The notes: a model not told the origin generated them from the sequence alone. 46,971 nt of DNA from Minisyncoccota bacterium (GCA_031401615.1 JANNRS010000033.1:1-46971), one strand, 5' to 3'; numbered from the stretch's first letter, positions 35,606 through 46,293 are shown. Translations and numbers: made by a program.

Positions 35606-37168
35606 TTATATAAATGTTAAAGCGATACCAGTTTTTGAAGCTCTCCCTGTTCGGCCGATACGATGAATATATGTATCGTAAGTTGAAGGAGTTTCGTAGT
35701 TGATGACATGGGTGATGTCTGGAATATCAATACCACGAGCGGCTACATCGGTCGCTACCACGATTTGAATCAATCCTTTAGATAGAGATTCAACAGCGCG
35801 GTTACGTTCACGACTTCTCATGTCCCCATGAAGCGGTGAGACAGCAAAACCACGGGCTCTTAGGTCACGCGCCAGTTCATCAACATTACGCTTGGTTTCT
35901 CGGAAGATCAAAACTTTCTTGGCCTCAGGACGAATCAGTATTTCATGAAGTGCGTCGAGTTTTTGCCCTCTCGGAGCCCGAACTACATCTTGATCAACAG
36001 AACTAGAAGTATCGCGGGTCTTCACAGAAATAGTTATCGGATCGTTTAAAAAGTCAGTACAAAGTCTTTTGATTTCTGGAGCGAAAGTCGCAGAGAAAAA
36101 CATTCCTTGTCGGTGAGTTGGGAGCAATTTCAAAATCATTTTCATGTCATCAATAAATCCCATATCGAGCATACGATCAGCTTCATCGAGAACGATAGTA
36201 GATACGCGATCCATCGGGATTTTACCTCGAGCAATCAAGTCTTTAACACGTCCCGGGGTTCCAACGATCATGTGTGCCCCATGCTCTAGGTCACGCATTT
36301 GTTTGCCGATAGGCATACCCCCAACAACTGCCACAGAGAAAAGTCGCATCCCTTGGGTAAAGACCCGAAATTCTTCTTGAACTTGAATAGCAAGTTCACG
36401 TGTTGGAGCTAGAATCATGGCTTTATGATTTCTATCTGTAACCATTTTATTAATGATCGGAATAAGAAAGGCCGCTGTCTTACCAGTACCAGTACTAGCA
36501 ATACCAATAATATCTCCACCTTTGAGGGCAACAGGGATTGCTTGATCTTGGATCGGAGAAGGATGCATGATCCCCTTTTTGATAAGGTTCATAGAAAGTG
36601 TTTCAGCAATATCAAAGTCAGTAAAAGCGTGAGTCGCTACATACTTCACTTCTTCTGCAACGGTTGCTTTGTTGATGAACATTGATTCATCAATACGGTC
36701 TTTTTTAAAGCCTCCACCTCCACGACCTCCACTACGAGCTGGACGACCACTAAAACGACCCCCTGAAGAAGTTGGTCTTCCACCATAACCTCCACCACCT
36801 GTCCGCGCAGGACGCGGTGAAGAATAAGAACGTGCTTCAGAACCAGGACCTGTTCTAGGTCTTGTACCGTATGAAGAAGAACTTGAATAAGTACTGTTGC
36901 CTACTAAACGTGCAGTTCGTGGTGCACTACTATATCCTCCTGTTCTTGGAGCACTTGAGTACCCAGAACTTGGTCTAGATGAGCCACCTTTAAAACTTGG
37001 TTTTGAAAATGAAAAAGCTTTCTTTGGGGCAGAAGAAAAACCTCCGCTTGAAGAGAAAGTAGCTCGACGTGACGAAAGGGGGCTTCTTGTAGAAGACCCA
37101 GAACTAGTCCGTGGCGAATAAGAACGGCGCGGGGCTGACCCGCTATTTGATTTATTATTTGAATTCAT
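35606..37168 (-). CDS. DEAD-box ATP-dependent RNA helicase with S/G/R-rich N-terminal extension
   Basis: Motifs PSPIQ (Q/Ia), ASTGTGKT, DEAD (VLDEADRM), SAT and HRIGRTGR. Start set at MNSNNKS. Confidence 0.9.
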   Translation of the reverse strand: MNSNNKSNSGSAPRRSYSPRTSSGSSTRSPLSSRRATFSSSGGFSSAPKKAFSFSKPSFKGGSSRPSSGYSSAPRTGGYSSAPRTARLVGNSTYSSSSSYGTRPRTGPGSEARSYSSPRPARTGGGGYGGRPTSSGGRFSGRPARSGGRGGGGFKKDRIDESMFINKATVAEEVKYVATHAFTDFDIAETLSMNLIKKGIMHPSPIQDQAIPVALKGGDIIGIASTGTGKTAAFLIPIINKMVTDRNHKAMILAPTRELAIQVQEEFRVFTQGMRLFSVAVVGGMPIGKQMRDLEHGAHMIVGTPGRVKDLIARGKIPMDRVSTIVLDEADRMLDMGFIDDMKMILKLLPTHRQGMFFSATFAPEIKRLCTDFLNDPITISVKTRDTSSSVDQDVVRAPRGQKLDALHEILIRPEAKKVLIFRETKRNVDELARDLRARGFAVSPLHGDMRSRERNRAVESLSKGLIQIVVATDVAARGIDIPDITHVINYETPSTYDTYIHRIGRTGRASKTGIALTFI

Positions 37169-37238
37169 TGTTTGTCGTACCGTGTCATGCAGACACAATT
37201 GGTCGACAACACAAGTAGTTATTAGTTATTACCCACCT

Positions 37239-37267
37239 ATAGTAATACGTAAGCTCAAAAAAGTCAA
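37239..37267 (-). promoter_or_regulatory. Candidate sigma-70 promoter for the helicase gene
   Basis: Minus strand reads TTGACT, a 17-nt spacer, then TACTAT. Confidence 0.4.
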
Positions 37268-37285
37268 GTATTTGGTACCTAAGAT

Positions 37286-37669
37286 CTAAGACTGAGGAGG
37301 ATTTTGTTTTTTTGACTGATATAAATAGAACAAAGCTAGTGGTGCTGCCCAATTAGCGAATCTTTCTACAAAATCCCAGACTGGATCAGGACCAAAAGGC
37401 CATCTTACGAGAGCTGTCCATAAACCCCAAAATGCCATCCAAAGAAGAAATACTCTTACAGGTTTAAACAATACCACAAGTGCCAAAATTACATCCATAA
37501 GACCGACAATAAAAAGAATGCTAGTTATACTAGAAGGATCAGTGATACCAAAACTTGTAAAATACTTAAACCAACCCTCTTTACCTTGTAAAGCAAAAAT
37601 ACCATGCCCTAAAAATTCTCCAGCTACTCCAATTCTTAACGCCCATTCTAACTTTTTCTCATTTGTCAT
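37286..37669 (-). CDS. Small integral membrane protein (DoxX-like topology)
   Basis: Four predicted TM helices. The family call is weak. Confidence 0.5.
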   Translation of the reverse strand: MTNEKKLEWALRIGVAGEFLGHGIFALQGKEGWFKYFTSFGITDPSSITSILFIVGLMDVILALVVLFKPVRVFLLWMAFWGLWTALVRWPFGPDPVWDFVERFANWAAPLALFYLYQSKKQNPPQS

Positions 37670-37748
37670 ATATTTATTATTTATATAATAATACTTTAAG
37701 TATATACCTCTTAAGGTGAAATGTTTCTACCAGGAGTGCATAACTTAA

Positions 37749-37885
37749 ATGGATTTGCGCGATCGACGGGACTTTCCCTCGACTCTCGGTTCGTCAGTCA
37801 CTCACCTCGGTCTGGGCACCACCTCACGGTTTCACCTGATGGCTCAACATCGCTCCGGTGTTCGAGCCCCTAACTCTCATTCATA
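37749..37885 (-). other. GC-rich module B ending in a displaced copy of the tRNA-Asp T-loop/acceptor
   Basis: Minus strand 37774..37756 reads AAGTCCCGTCGATCGCGCA, against AAGTCCCGCCGTTCGCGCA in tRNA-Asp (37942..37924). It shares the colinear motifs GTGAGTGA and AACCGAGAG with module A. The track ORF 37749..37952 is probably spurious. Confidence 0.5.
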
Positions 37886-37913
37886 TAAAAAAGCCCAAAG
37901 TAATGTTGGGCTA
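37886..37913 (-). terminator. Rho-independent terminator of the tRNA cluster
   Basis: Minus strand reads AGCCCAA-CATTACT-TTGGGCT followed by TTTTTT. Confidence 0.6.
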
Positions 37914-37925
37914 TTTTATATGATG

Positions 37926-37999
37926 CGCGAACGGCGGGACTTGAACCCGTAACCTCCCGCGTGACAGGCGGGTGCTCTAACCAGTTGAGCTACGTCCGC
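37926..37999 (-). tRNA. tRNA-Asp (anticodon GUC)
   Basis: Manual cloverleaf: GCGGACG/CGTTCGC acceptor, CCCGC-CTGTCAC-GCGGG anticodon arm, ACGGG-TTCAAGT-CCCGC T-arm with an A49-C65 mismatch. Confidence 0.9.
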
Positions 38000-38040
38000 A
38001 ACTTTTGTTGCGTCTACACAATAGCACCTGCTTGTGTATT

Positions 38041-38114
38041 GTGTCGAGGGAGAGGCTCGAACTCTCGACCTTAGCTTTATGAGTGCTACGCTCTAACCAC
38101 CTGAGCTACCCCGA
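38041..38114 (-). tRNA. tRNA-Met, elongator type (anticodon CAU; could also be a lysidine-modified Ile2)
   Basis: GTCGGGG/CCTCGAC acceptor, CTCATAA anticodon loop, GAGAG-TTCGAGC-CTCTC T-arm. Confidence 0.85.
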
Positions 38115-38176
38115 CAATGAAGAAAATATAGCACATTATAGGGTTTTTTCAAGATAAACCATCTTAAAAATTACTG

Positions 38177-38247
38177 TTGCGGGGCCACGAATCGAACGTG
38201 GGCCTCAAGGTTATGAGCCTTGCGAGATACCTCTTCTCTACCCCGCG
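38177..38247 (-). tRNA. Initiator tRNA-fMet (anticodon CAU)
   Basis: C1-A72 mismatch (CGCGGGG / CCCCGCA), A11:U24 in the D-stem, CTCATAA anticodon loop, CCACG-TTCGATT-CGTGG T-arm. Confidence 0.85.
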
Positions 38248-38338
38248 GTATATATTTGAATGTAATACCGTTCCTTATCTATAATACTGCGGACTGGCTC
38301 ATAACCTTAAAGGTTACTCGCTCTACTGTATCCTCTCG

Positions 38339-38368
38339 GAGATACCTCTTCTCTACCCCGCGGTATAT
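38339..38368 (-). repeat. 30-nt direct duplicate of the tRNA-fMet 5' acceptor/D-arm plus 6 nt of upstream flank
   Basis: gagatacctcttctctaccccgcggtatat occurs at 38224..38253 and again at 38339..38368. Confidence 0.7.
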
Positions 38369-38425
38369 TAAGAGTGAACGCTGATGATTGTACGACAGAA
38401 AATAATACTTCGCAAGCACTAAGTA

Positions 38426-39073
38426 TTAATCTATTACTTCTAAATCGCGAAAAACTATTTCGTAATAAGACAAAACACGTCGAGACTCTGGCATTGTTAG
38501 AATAAAATCAGATCCGTCGTGAGCGATACGGTTGCGTACTTTGTGAGCTTCCCAAGCTATATTGATCGATGGCAGTTTATCTGGAGTAATTTGTTTGAAC
38601 TTGTCCCCTAGTGTGTCTCCATAAAAACCTTTCTGGTCTAATATACGATCAAGATAAATATCGGCTTCGATAATAGCTAGTCGCCAATCGCTTGGGCTAT
38701 CAGAGAGTAATTTGCTTCTGATACCATTCCATGTTTCATTCACCCGCATAGCACCATGATCTATAAAGTGTTCCCCTGTTGCACCCGATAAATCAATTTC
38801 GGCACCAAGAGATTCTACTTTTTTAGATTTTTTAGGTTTGTCTTCTTGCTTCAGCTCATAAAGACGTACCAAACAATACAAAATGATAGCGATTAAAATT
38901 ATTACCAAAAGAGTAGCTAAAGTCTTTAGCCCTGAAAAAAAATTACTCCCTGCATTAGGGTCGGTAATATTACCACCAAAGAAAAAGTTAAACACCCGTG
39001 CTACTGCTCTATATATCAAAAAGAAAAAGTATTCAACATTTAGAAAAACTGGATTGGGCAACTGAGTTTCCAT
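38426..39073 (-). CDS. Membrane-anchored hypothetical protein with a C-terminal HEPN-like Rx4H motif
   Basis: TM helix LATLLVIILIAIILYCLV, and a C-terminal helical domain containing AWEAHKVRNRIAHDG. Confidence 0.45.
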   Translation of the reverse strand: METQLPNPVFLNVEYFFFLIYRAVARVFNFFFGGNITDPNAGSNFFSGLKTLATLLVIILIAIILYCLVRLYELKQEDKPKKSKKVESLGAEIDLSGATGEHFIDHGAMRVNETWNGIRSKLLSDSPSDWRLAIIEADIYLDRILDQKGFYGDTLGDKFKQITPDKLPSINIAWEAHKVRNRIAHDGSDFILTMPESRRVLSYYEIVFRDLEVID

Positions 39074-39092
39074 ATCTCTATTGTACCCTAAA

Positions 39093-40490
39093 CTAGTCTG
39101 TTCTTACATCCTCAACAACTTTGCCAAGAGCAAAAAGCTTTTCTTCTCCAAAGCGTGGACCAATAAATTGAACCCCTAGAGGTAGCCCCGCTTCTGTTTT
39201 TCCAGAAGGAATAGAAATAGAGGGGTGCTGAGCAATATTGGCTGGTACAGTGAATAGGTCTGCTAAATACATCGCTACTGGATCATTTGCCTTCTCTCCT
39301 ATTTTAAAAGCAGGGGTTGGAGTAGTCGGTGTAAAAATAGCATCATAGTCTTTAAGTACATCAGCAACTTCTTTGCGAATGATTTCTCTCAAAGCGACAG
39401 CTTTATTGTAATAAGCATCATAGTAACCATGAGAGAGCACATATGTACCCAACAGAATGCGACGACGAACTTCTTTACCGAAGAGTGCTCCGCGGGTCTC
39501 GCCATATAGATCTTGTTGTTTCTGGCTTGATCCAACTCTCTCTCCATAACGAATTCCATCAAGTCGAGCTAAGTTTGACGAGACTTCTGCTGGCATCAAG
39601 ATATAGTACACAGCCAATGAGTCACCGTAATGTGGTAAATCAACTTCTGTAAATGAAAACCCCTGCTCTTCCATTTCTTTTTTTATTTTTTCAAAATTCT
39701 CTTTCACTTCGTGATCAATTCCTCCTTGATCAAAAATACCTTTTGGAATAGCAATTTTTTTCTTAAGCTTTGTGTCACAAATTCTATCTTCCTTTTTTAT
39801 ACAAGTAGCATCCAATGGTTCGTACGCAGAAATAATATTGTAGATTGTTTGTGCATCAGCAACAGTCTTTGCCATAGGGCCAATTACGTCAAGTGAGCTC
39901 CCCATAGAAATCAAACCATGACGAGAGACGGTACCATAAGTAGGAAGCATCCCCACAACCCCACAAAAAGATGACGGTTGCCGTATTGACCCACCAGTAT
40001 CAGAGCCGAGCGCTAGAACTGTTAAGTCTGCCGCCACAGCAGCTGTTGAGCCACCTGAAGATCCCCCCGGGACTCTATTGTTATCGTATGGATTTAGTGT
40101 TGGACCATAGGCTGAATTCTCAGTACTTGAACCCATGGCGCCATCATCCATATTGGTACGACCAATAATAATTGCCCCAGCTTCCTTGAGAGCTTTGATA
40201 ACTGTCGAATCATATGCTGCAATATGATGGTCGAGCATATGTGAACATGCTCCAGCGATGTGACCTGCCATCATAACGTTGTCCTTGATAGCCACAGGAA
40301 TACCTGTGAGGGCCGTAGCTTTGCCACTAGCCAATACTTTCTCCGCGTTCGCTATCTGCTCATCAATATCATCGAAAACTTCCCTAAAAGCATTGAGCTT
40401 TTCACCTTTCGCTTTTTCTACATAAGAAGAAACCAAGTCCTTTATAGTGATTTCTCCAGAAATTATTTTTTTGTGTAATTCATCTAACAT
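39093..40490 (-). CDS. gatA: Glutamyl/aspartyl-tRNA amidotransferase subunit A
   Basis: Amidase signature GGSSGGSTAAVAA...GSDTGGSIRQPS. Confidence 0.95.
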   Translation of the reverse strand: MLDELHKKIISGEITIKDLVSSYVEKAKGEKLNAFREVFDDIDEQIANAEKVLASGKATALTGIPVAIKDNVMMAGHIAGACSHMLDHHIAAYDSTVIKALKEAGAIIIGRTNMDDGAMGSSTENSAYGPTLNPYDNNRVPGGSSGGSTAAVAADLTVLALGSDTGGSIRQPSSFCGVVGMLPTYGTVSRHGLISMGSSLDVIGPMAKTVADAQTIYNIISAYEPLDATCIKKEDRICDTKLKKKIAIPKGIFDQGGIDHEVKENFEKIKKEMEEQGFSFTEVDLPHYGDSLAVYYILMPAEVSSNLARLDGIRYGERVGSSQKQQDLYGETRGALFGKEVRRRILLGTYVLSHGYYDAYYNKAVALREIIRKEVADVLKDYDAIFTPTTPTPAFKIGEKANDPVAMYLADLFTVPANIAQHPSISIPSGKTEAGLPLGVQFIGPRFGEEKLFALGKVVEDVRTD

Positions 40491-40492
40491 AA

Positions 40493-40771
40493 TTATTCAA
40501 TAACCTTAGGTACTTGTACAAAACCATCTTTGTGAAGTGGTGCAGCCTCAACAAGGTCATAGACACTAGCTAGTGGCATCACAATATCCTCACGAGCTAC
40601 ATTCCTCTGGGCAAATACCTTATCATCAGAGGCGGAAAGCTTAACCTTTTGGATAACATCAATGAACTTAACAATATTATTGATATCTTTCGCCAACTGT
40701 TCTTTTTCCTCTTCTGGCACTGTCAGCCGAGCCAAAAGCGCCAAATGGTCGAGTGTTTTTGAGTCAATCAT
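40493..40771 (-). CDS. gatC: Glutamyl/aspartyl-tRNA amidotransferase subunit C
   Basis: 92 aa with HLALLARLTVPEEE..., directly upstream of gatA. Confidence 0.85.
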   Translation of the reverse strand: MIDSKTLDHLALLARLTVPEEEKEQLAKDINNIVKFIDVIQKVKLSASDDKVFAQRNVAREDIVMPLASVYDLVEAAPLHKDGFVQVPKVIE

Positions 40772-40856
40772 TGTCTAAATATAACAGATTTTAGAGTGTT
40801 TTCAAAAACTATTTGACATTATATAAAGATGTGCTACTATATAAAAAACTAAAGTA

Positions 40857-41021
40857 ATGAAACTTAAAAAACTATCATGGATTTTATTTAACAAAACCAA
40901 TGAGTTCCATTTAATAGGTGCTTTCTTAATTTCATCAATAATTACATGTGTTGGATTTTTAGGGTTATCTTATTTACTTCACATATGTAACTACCCTGGT
41001 TTTGAGAAGTGGCTTTGGTAA
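40857..41021 (+). CDS. Possible 54-aa membrane peptide (below the ORF-track size cut-off)
   Basis: My own translation is MKLKKLSWILFNKTNEFHLIGAFLISSIITCVGFLGLSYLLHICNYPGFEKWLW. It is preceded by TTGACA...TATATA-like promoter boxes at about 40813..40845 and followed by a terminator. Confidence 0.3.
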   Translation: MKLKKLSWILFNKTNEFHLIGAFLISSIITCVGFLGLSYLLHICNYPGFEKWLW

Positions 41022-41030
41022 AAACGATAC

Positions 41031-41058
41031 AAAAAATTTGAGATAATCTCAAATTTTT

Positions 41059-41059
<1 letters not shown>
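41031..41059. terminator. Bidirectional rho-independent terminator
   Basis: AAAAAATTTGAGA-TAA-TCTCAAATTTTTT. Confidence 0.6.
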
Positions 41060-43538
<2,479 letters not shown>

Positions 43539-43540
43539 AA

Positions 43541-44173
43541 TTATTTTCTCCAGTTAGTTATCAGAGTCTGTTGAGATATGGATCTTTGAATTGTGCCATT
43601 TAACCAAGAAATAGTAGAGGTAACAACTAGTTGATCTGTGCTTGAGCCTGAAGGGGCTATCTTAATACTACGTACAAATGATGTTTGAAAAGGAGGAGTT
43701 CCCAAAATAGGAGGGAATGGGTATGGGTTACCTTCATAACCATAAAAAGCGTTGTTTGGATAGTAATAAATAAATGGACAAACACCGCTCTGACATTCTT
43801 TAATCTTTGCTCCCGTAGTATAAGGGTCAACATAGCAACCGTTAGTTCCTAGACAGCCAGAAGAAGGGTTTCCAGTTGGATTACCGTCAGTACCAACCGC
43901 CAAGACATTTATCTGCCATTCATCCCACAATATATCTTGTTCAAAAGAAGTATCACGTGAGTTTCGAATATATTCAATAGATTCTTGTAGAAGATTGTTG
44001 GCTACTATCTGGTTACGAGAATATCTTACTGAGTAAAACCCTCCAGCTGCCAATGAAAGTAGTGCCCCGATAGATAATGTCAAAATAAAAATAGCTACTA
44101 AAGTTTCTATTAGAGTAAACCCTGCCCCTGGTGGGGTAAATCCTGATTGTTGTGTTTTGATAATTTTATACAT
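43541..44173 (-). CDS. Minor pilin with prepilin-type N-terminal methylation domain (GspI/PilV-like)
   Basis: GAGFTLIETLVAIFILTLSIGAL. Start set at MYKIIKT to avoid overlapping the upstream gene. Confidence 0.7.
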   Translation of the reverse strand: MYKIIKTQQSGFTPPGAGFTLIETLVAIFILTLSIGALLSLAAGGFYSVRYSRNQIVANNLLQESIEYIRNSRDTSFEQDILWDEWQINVLAVGTDGNPTGNPSSGCLGTNGCYVDPYTTGAKIKECQSGVCPFIYYYPNNAFYGYEGNPYPFPPILGTPPFQTSFVRSIKIAPSGSSTDQLVVTSTISWLNGTIQRSISQQTLITNWRK

Positions 44174-44177
44174 AATG

Positions 44178-44795
44178 TTATTCAATAGCTCTTTGTGATA
44201 AATAAGTCTGTATTGCAAATGGTTGTGTCTCTTCCCCTGCCACAGCAATACCTTGGATAAATATCATTACACTTGGCTGTATCGCATCAGATGTTCCAGA
44301 GCCGTTAACATAAAAAGACAATTTTTCTACATTTATTTCTGGGGCAGTGATAGCAATCCAGTTGGTCCAACTACTACCTAACTCCTGTGTCCTTTTTTGT
44401 ATTGTACCTGTCAATGTTGTAGCATCAGTATAAAGTTTATATTCGACCTTCTGGTCAACCCCCAAAGTTGAATCTATATAGAGTATGTTACTTGGAGACT
44501 CGGCCTCAAATGGACAATTTGGGTTACCTCCATTAGATGGTAAATTTGTCTCTCCACCACAAGCAACTGTGTTACCGGTACGGATAGTTCTAGACATAGA
44601 TTCAATTCCGAAGTTTAAGTTATCAATAACAATACGCATAGCTTGAACCTTTCTTGAAGAATTATTTACTGTATACAAAGAACCAACTACAGCTAAAACA
44701 ACAATAGTGAAAAGTGTTAAGGAGACCATTAGTTCCACTAAAGTAAATCCTGCCTGAGGAAAACTGCTATTAAACTGTTTCTGTATATTTTTCAT
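44178..44795 (-). CDS. Minor pilin with prepilin-type N-terminal methylation domain (GspJ/PilW-like)
   Basis: QAGFTLVELMVSLTLFTIVVLAVVGSL. Confidence 0.75.
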   Translation of the reverse strand: MKNIQKQFNSSFPQAGFTLVELMVSLTLFTIVVLAVVGSLYTVNNSSRKVQAMRIVIDNLNFGIESMSRTIRTGNTVACGGETNLPSNGGNPNCPFEAESPSNILYIDSTLGVDQKVEYKLYTDATTLTGTIQKRTQELGSSWTNWIAITAPEINVEKLSFYVNGSGTSDAIQPSVMIFIQGIAVAGEETQPFAIQTYLSQRAIE

Positions 44796-44797
44796 GA

Positions 44798-45448
44798 CTA
44801 TTTAACTCCTATCTGTCCAGTATTCCAGACTGATACTTTTCTACGAAGTCCCTTAGCTGACTGTAAAACAATATCAACATAAGAAGCAATCTGGCAATCT
44901 TCAGCAGAGCTTGATCTATAACAAATAATAGCATCGGGGATAGGCCTACGGAACGTAATATCAACTGAACCGGTAGAAACACAACCAGAAGTAGCGTCGG
45001 TACATAGCTCAACAATTGAATCAAAAGTTTCTATTGAAAAATTCTCTAAACATTCTGACCCTACATCAGGAGTACCACAAGTTCCATCGCCGTTATATAT
45101 CTTGTTTGGTAACTGTCCTACACTCTCTGGAATATCAGCAAAAAGAATAAATTGTTTTCGATTAGGTTCAAAACTTCCACTTGTAAAGTCTAATGAGAAA
45201 CTTATGCCGTAAGCTGGGAAACTTTTTGTACTTCCTCCTCCATTGTCGAGCCCCCTAACACTTGTCGCGTAGGTTTGAACTTTTCTTACTGTAAGGGCAA
45301 CTTCTTGAGACAGATTTCTAATAGAAACATTGGTACTAAAATCAGAATAGTTAAATAGCAACACAGACGAAATAACACTAAAAATCCCTAAGACAACGAT
45401 AAGTTCAATGAGAGTAACGCCGGATTGTTTTTTATTTATTATGGCCAT
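44798..45448 (-). CDS. Minor pilin with prepilin-type N-terminal methylation domain (GspH/FimT-like)
   Basis: QSGVTLIELIVVLGIFSVISSVLL. Start set at MAIINKK. Confidence 0.7.
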   Translation of the reverse strand: MAIINKKQSGVTLIELIVVLGIFSVISSVLLFNYSDFSTNVSIRNLSQEVALTVRKVQTYATSVRGLDNGGGSTKSFPAYGISFSLDFTSGSFEPNRKQFILFADIPESVGQLPNKIYNGDGTCGTPDVGSECLENFSIETFDSIVELCTDATSGCVSTGSVDITFRRPIPDAIICYRSSSAEDCQIASYVDIVLQSAKGLRRKVSVWNTGQIGVK

Positions 45449-46230
45449 ATTGGAAACAAGGTTGAAATTGTAACTCCCCACAAACTAACGATAGCCAGAG
45501 CCACTATCATAAAAGGAGCAAAAGGGATCTCACTTTTCATACCATAAGACCTGGAAACACCTAATAATAATAGCCCAATAATAGCTCCTAGCCAAAATGA
45601 TAAAAGGAATACAGAAATACTTCCAGCAATGCCAACTAGCCAGCCGACCCCAAGAGCCAATTTAACATCACCAAAGCCCATCAATCGACCCTTAGAAAAA
45701 AACCATAAGAAGAAGAACGGTGCTGCTAGTAAAAATCCGGCTAAAAGAGCGTTAAGAAATGAAAACGATGGGATAGTTGCTACTTTCCAAACAATAGAAA
45801 CAAAACTAAGGACGATAAATGGATAAACTATTTTGTCAGGGATAATTTTGTGACGAAGATCATAAATAGTAACGACAATCAGTAAAGCTGCGACAATAAT
45901 GCTGAATAGGAAAGCTACCCAACTATATAAATCGAGGCCTTGTTGCAAAAAAATTCTTGTATAAAGGATTACAAACAAGACTCCAGTAATAAGCTCGACA
46001 AAAGGATATTGGAAAGAAATCTGTGATTTACAAGAACGACATTTGCCACGTAAACCTAGAAAAGAAAATACTGGTATCAATTCATACCAACGTAGTGTTG
46101 TACTACATACAGCACATTTTGATCGACCAGAGACAACGCTTCGGCCAGTGTTCAATCGCAAGATAACGACGTTGAGAAAACTTCCAATAATAAGACCGAA
46201 GACAAAAATAATGATCGGCAAAAATATCAT
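45439..46230 (-). CDS. pilD: Prepilin peptidase (A24 family, PilD-like)
   Basis: GLIIGSFLNVVILRL, a Cys-rich CAVC...CRSC loop, and the catalytic Asp contexts YDLRHKIIPD and GFGDVKL. Start set at MIFLPIII. Confidence 0.85.
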   Translation of the reverse strand: MIFLPIIIFVFGLIIGSFLNVVILRLNTGRSVVSGRSKCAVCSTTLRWYELIPVFSFLGLRGKCRSCKSQISFQYPFVELITGVLFVILYTRIFLQQGLDLYSWVAFLFSIIVAALLIVVTIYDLRHKIIPDKIVYPFIVLSFVSIVWKVATIPSFSFLNALLAGFLLAAPFFFLWFFSKGRLMGFGDVKLALGVGWLVGIAGSISVFLLSFWLGAIIGLLLLGVSRSYGMKSEIPFAPFMIVALAIVSLWGVTISTLFPIWP

Positions 46231-46266
46231 GGCTATATTGTACCACGCACAAGAAACGAACAAAAC

Positions 46267-46293
46267 AAAAAACTCGCTTTATGCGAGTTTTTT
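46267..46293 (-). terminator. Rho-independent terminator/attenuator between the major pilin and pilD
   Basis: AAAAAACTCGC-loop-GCGAGTTTTTT. Confidence 0.6.

Noticed and set aside
37749-37885. Module B as RNase P RNA or SRP RNA. GAGGGAAAGTCCC resembles the P4 GAGGAAAGUCC, and GGAGGAAAGCAG in module A resembles the SRP GGAAGCAG.
   Set aside because: The elements are far too short for RNase P. The motif sits at the wrong end relative to flanking AT-rich sequence. The SRP helix-8 pairing around a GNRA loop cannot be drawn. This still deserves a cmsearch.
37749-37952. 67-aa plus-strand ORF in the track.
   Set aside because: It overlaps module B, the tRNA-cluster terminator and the 3' end of tRNA-Asp, so it is almost certainly non-coding.
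44174-44248. N-terminal 25 codons of ORF 43541..44248.
   Set aside because: They overlap the 3' end of the upstream pilin gene. MYKIIKTQQSGF... gives a normal prepilin leader.
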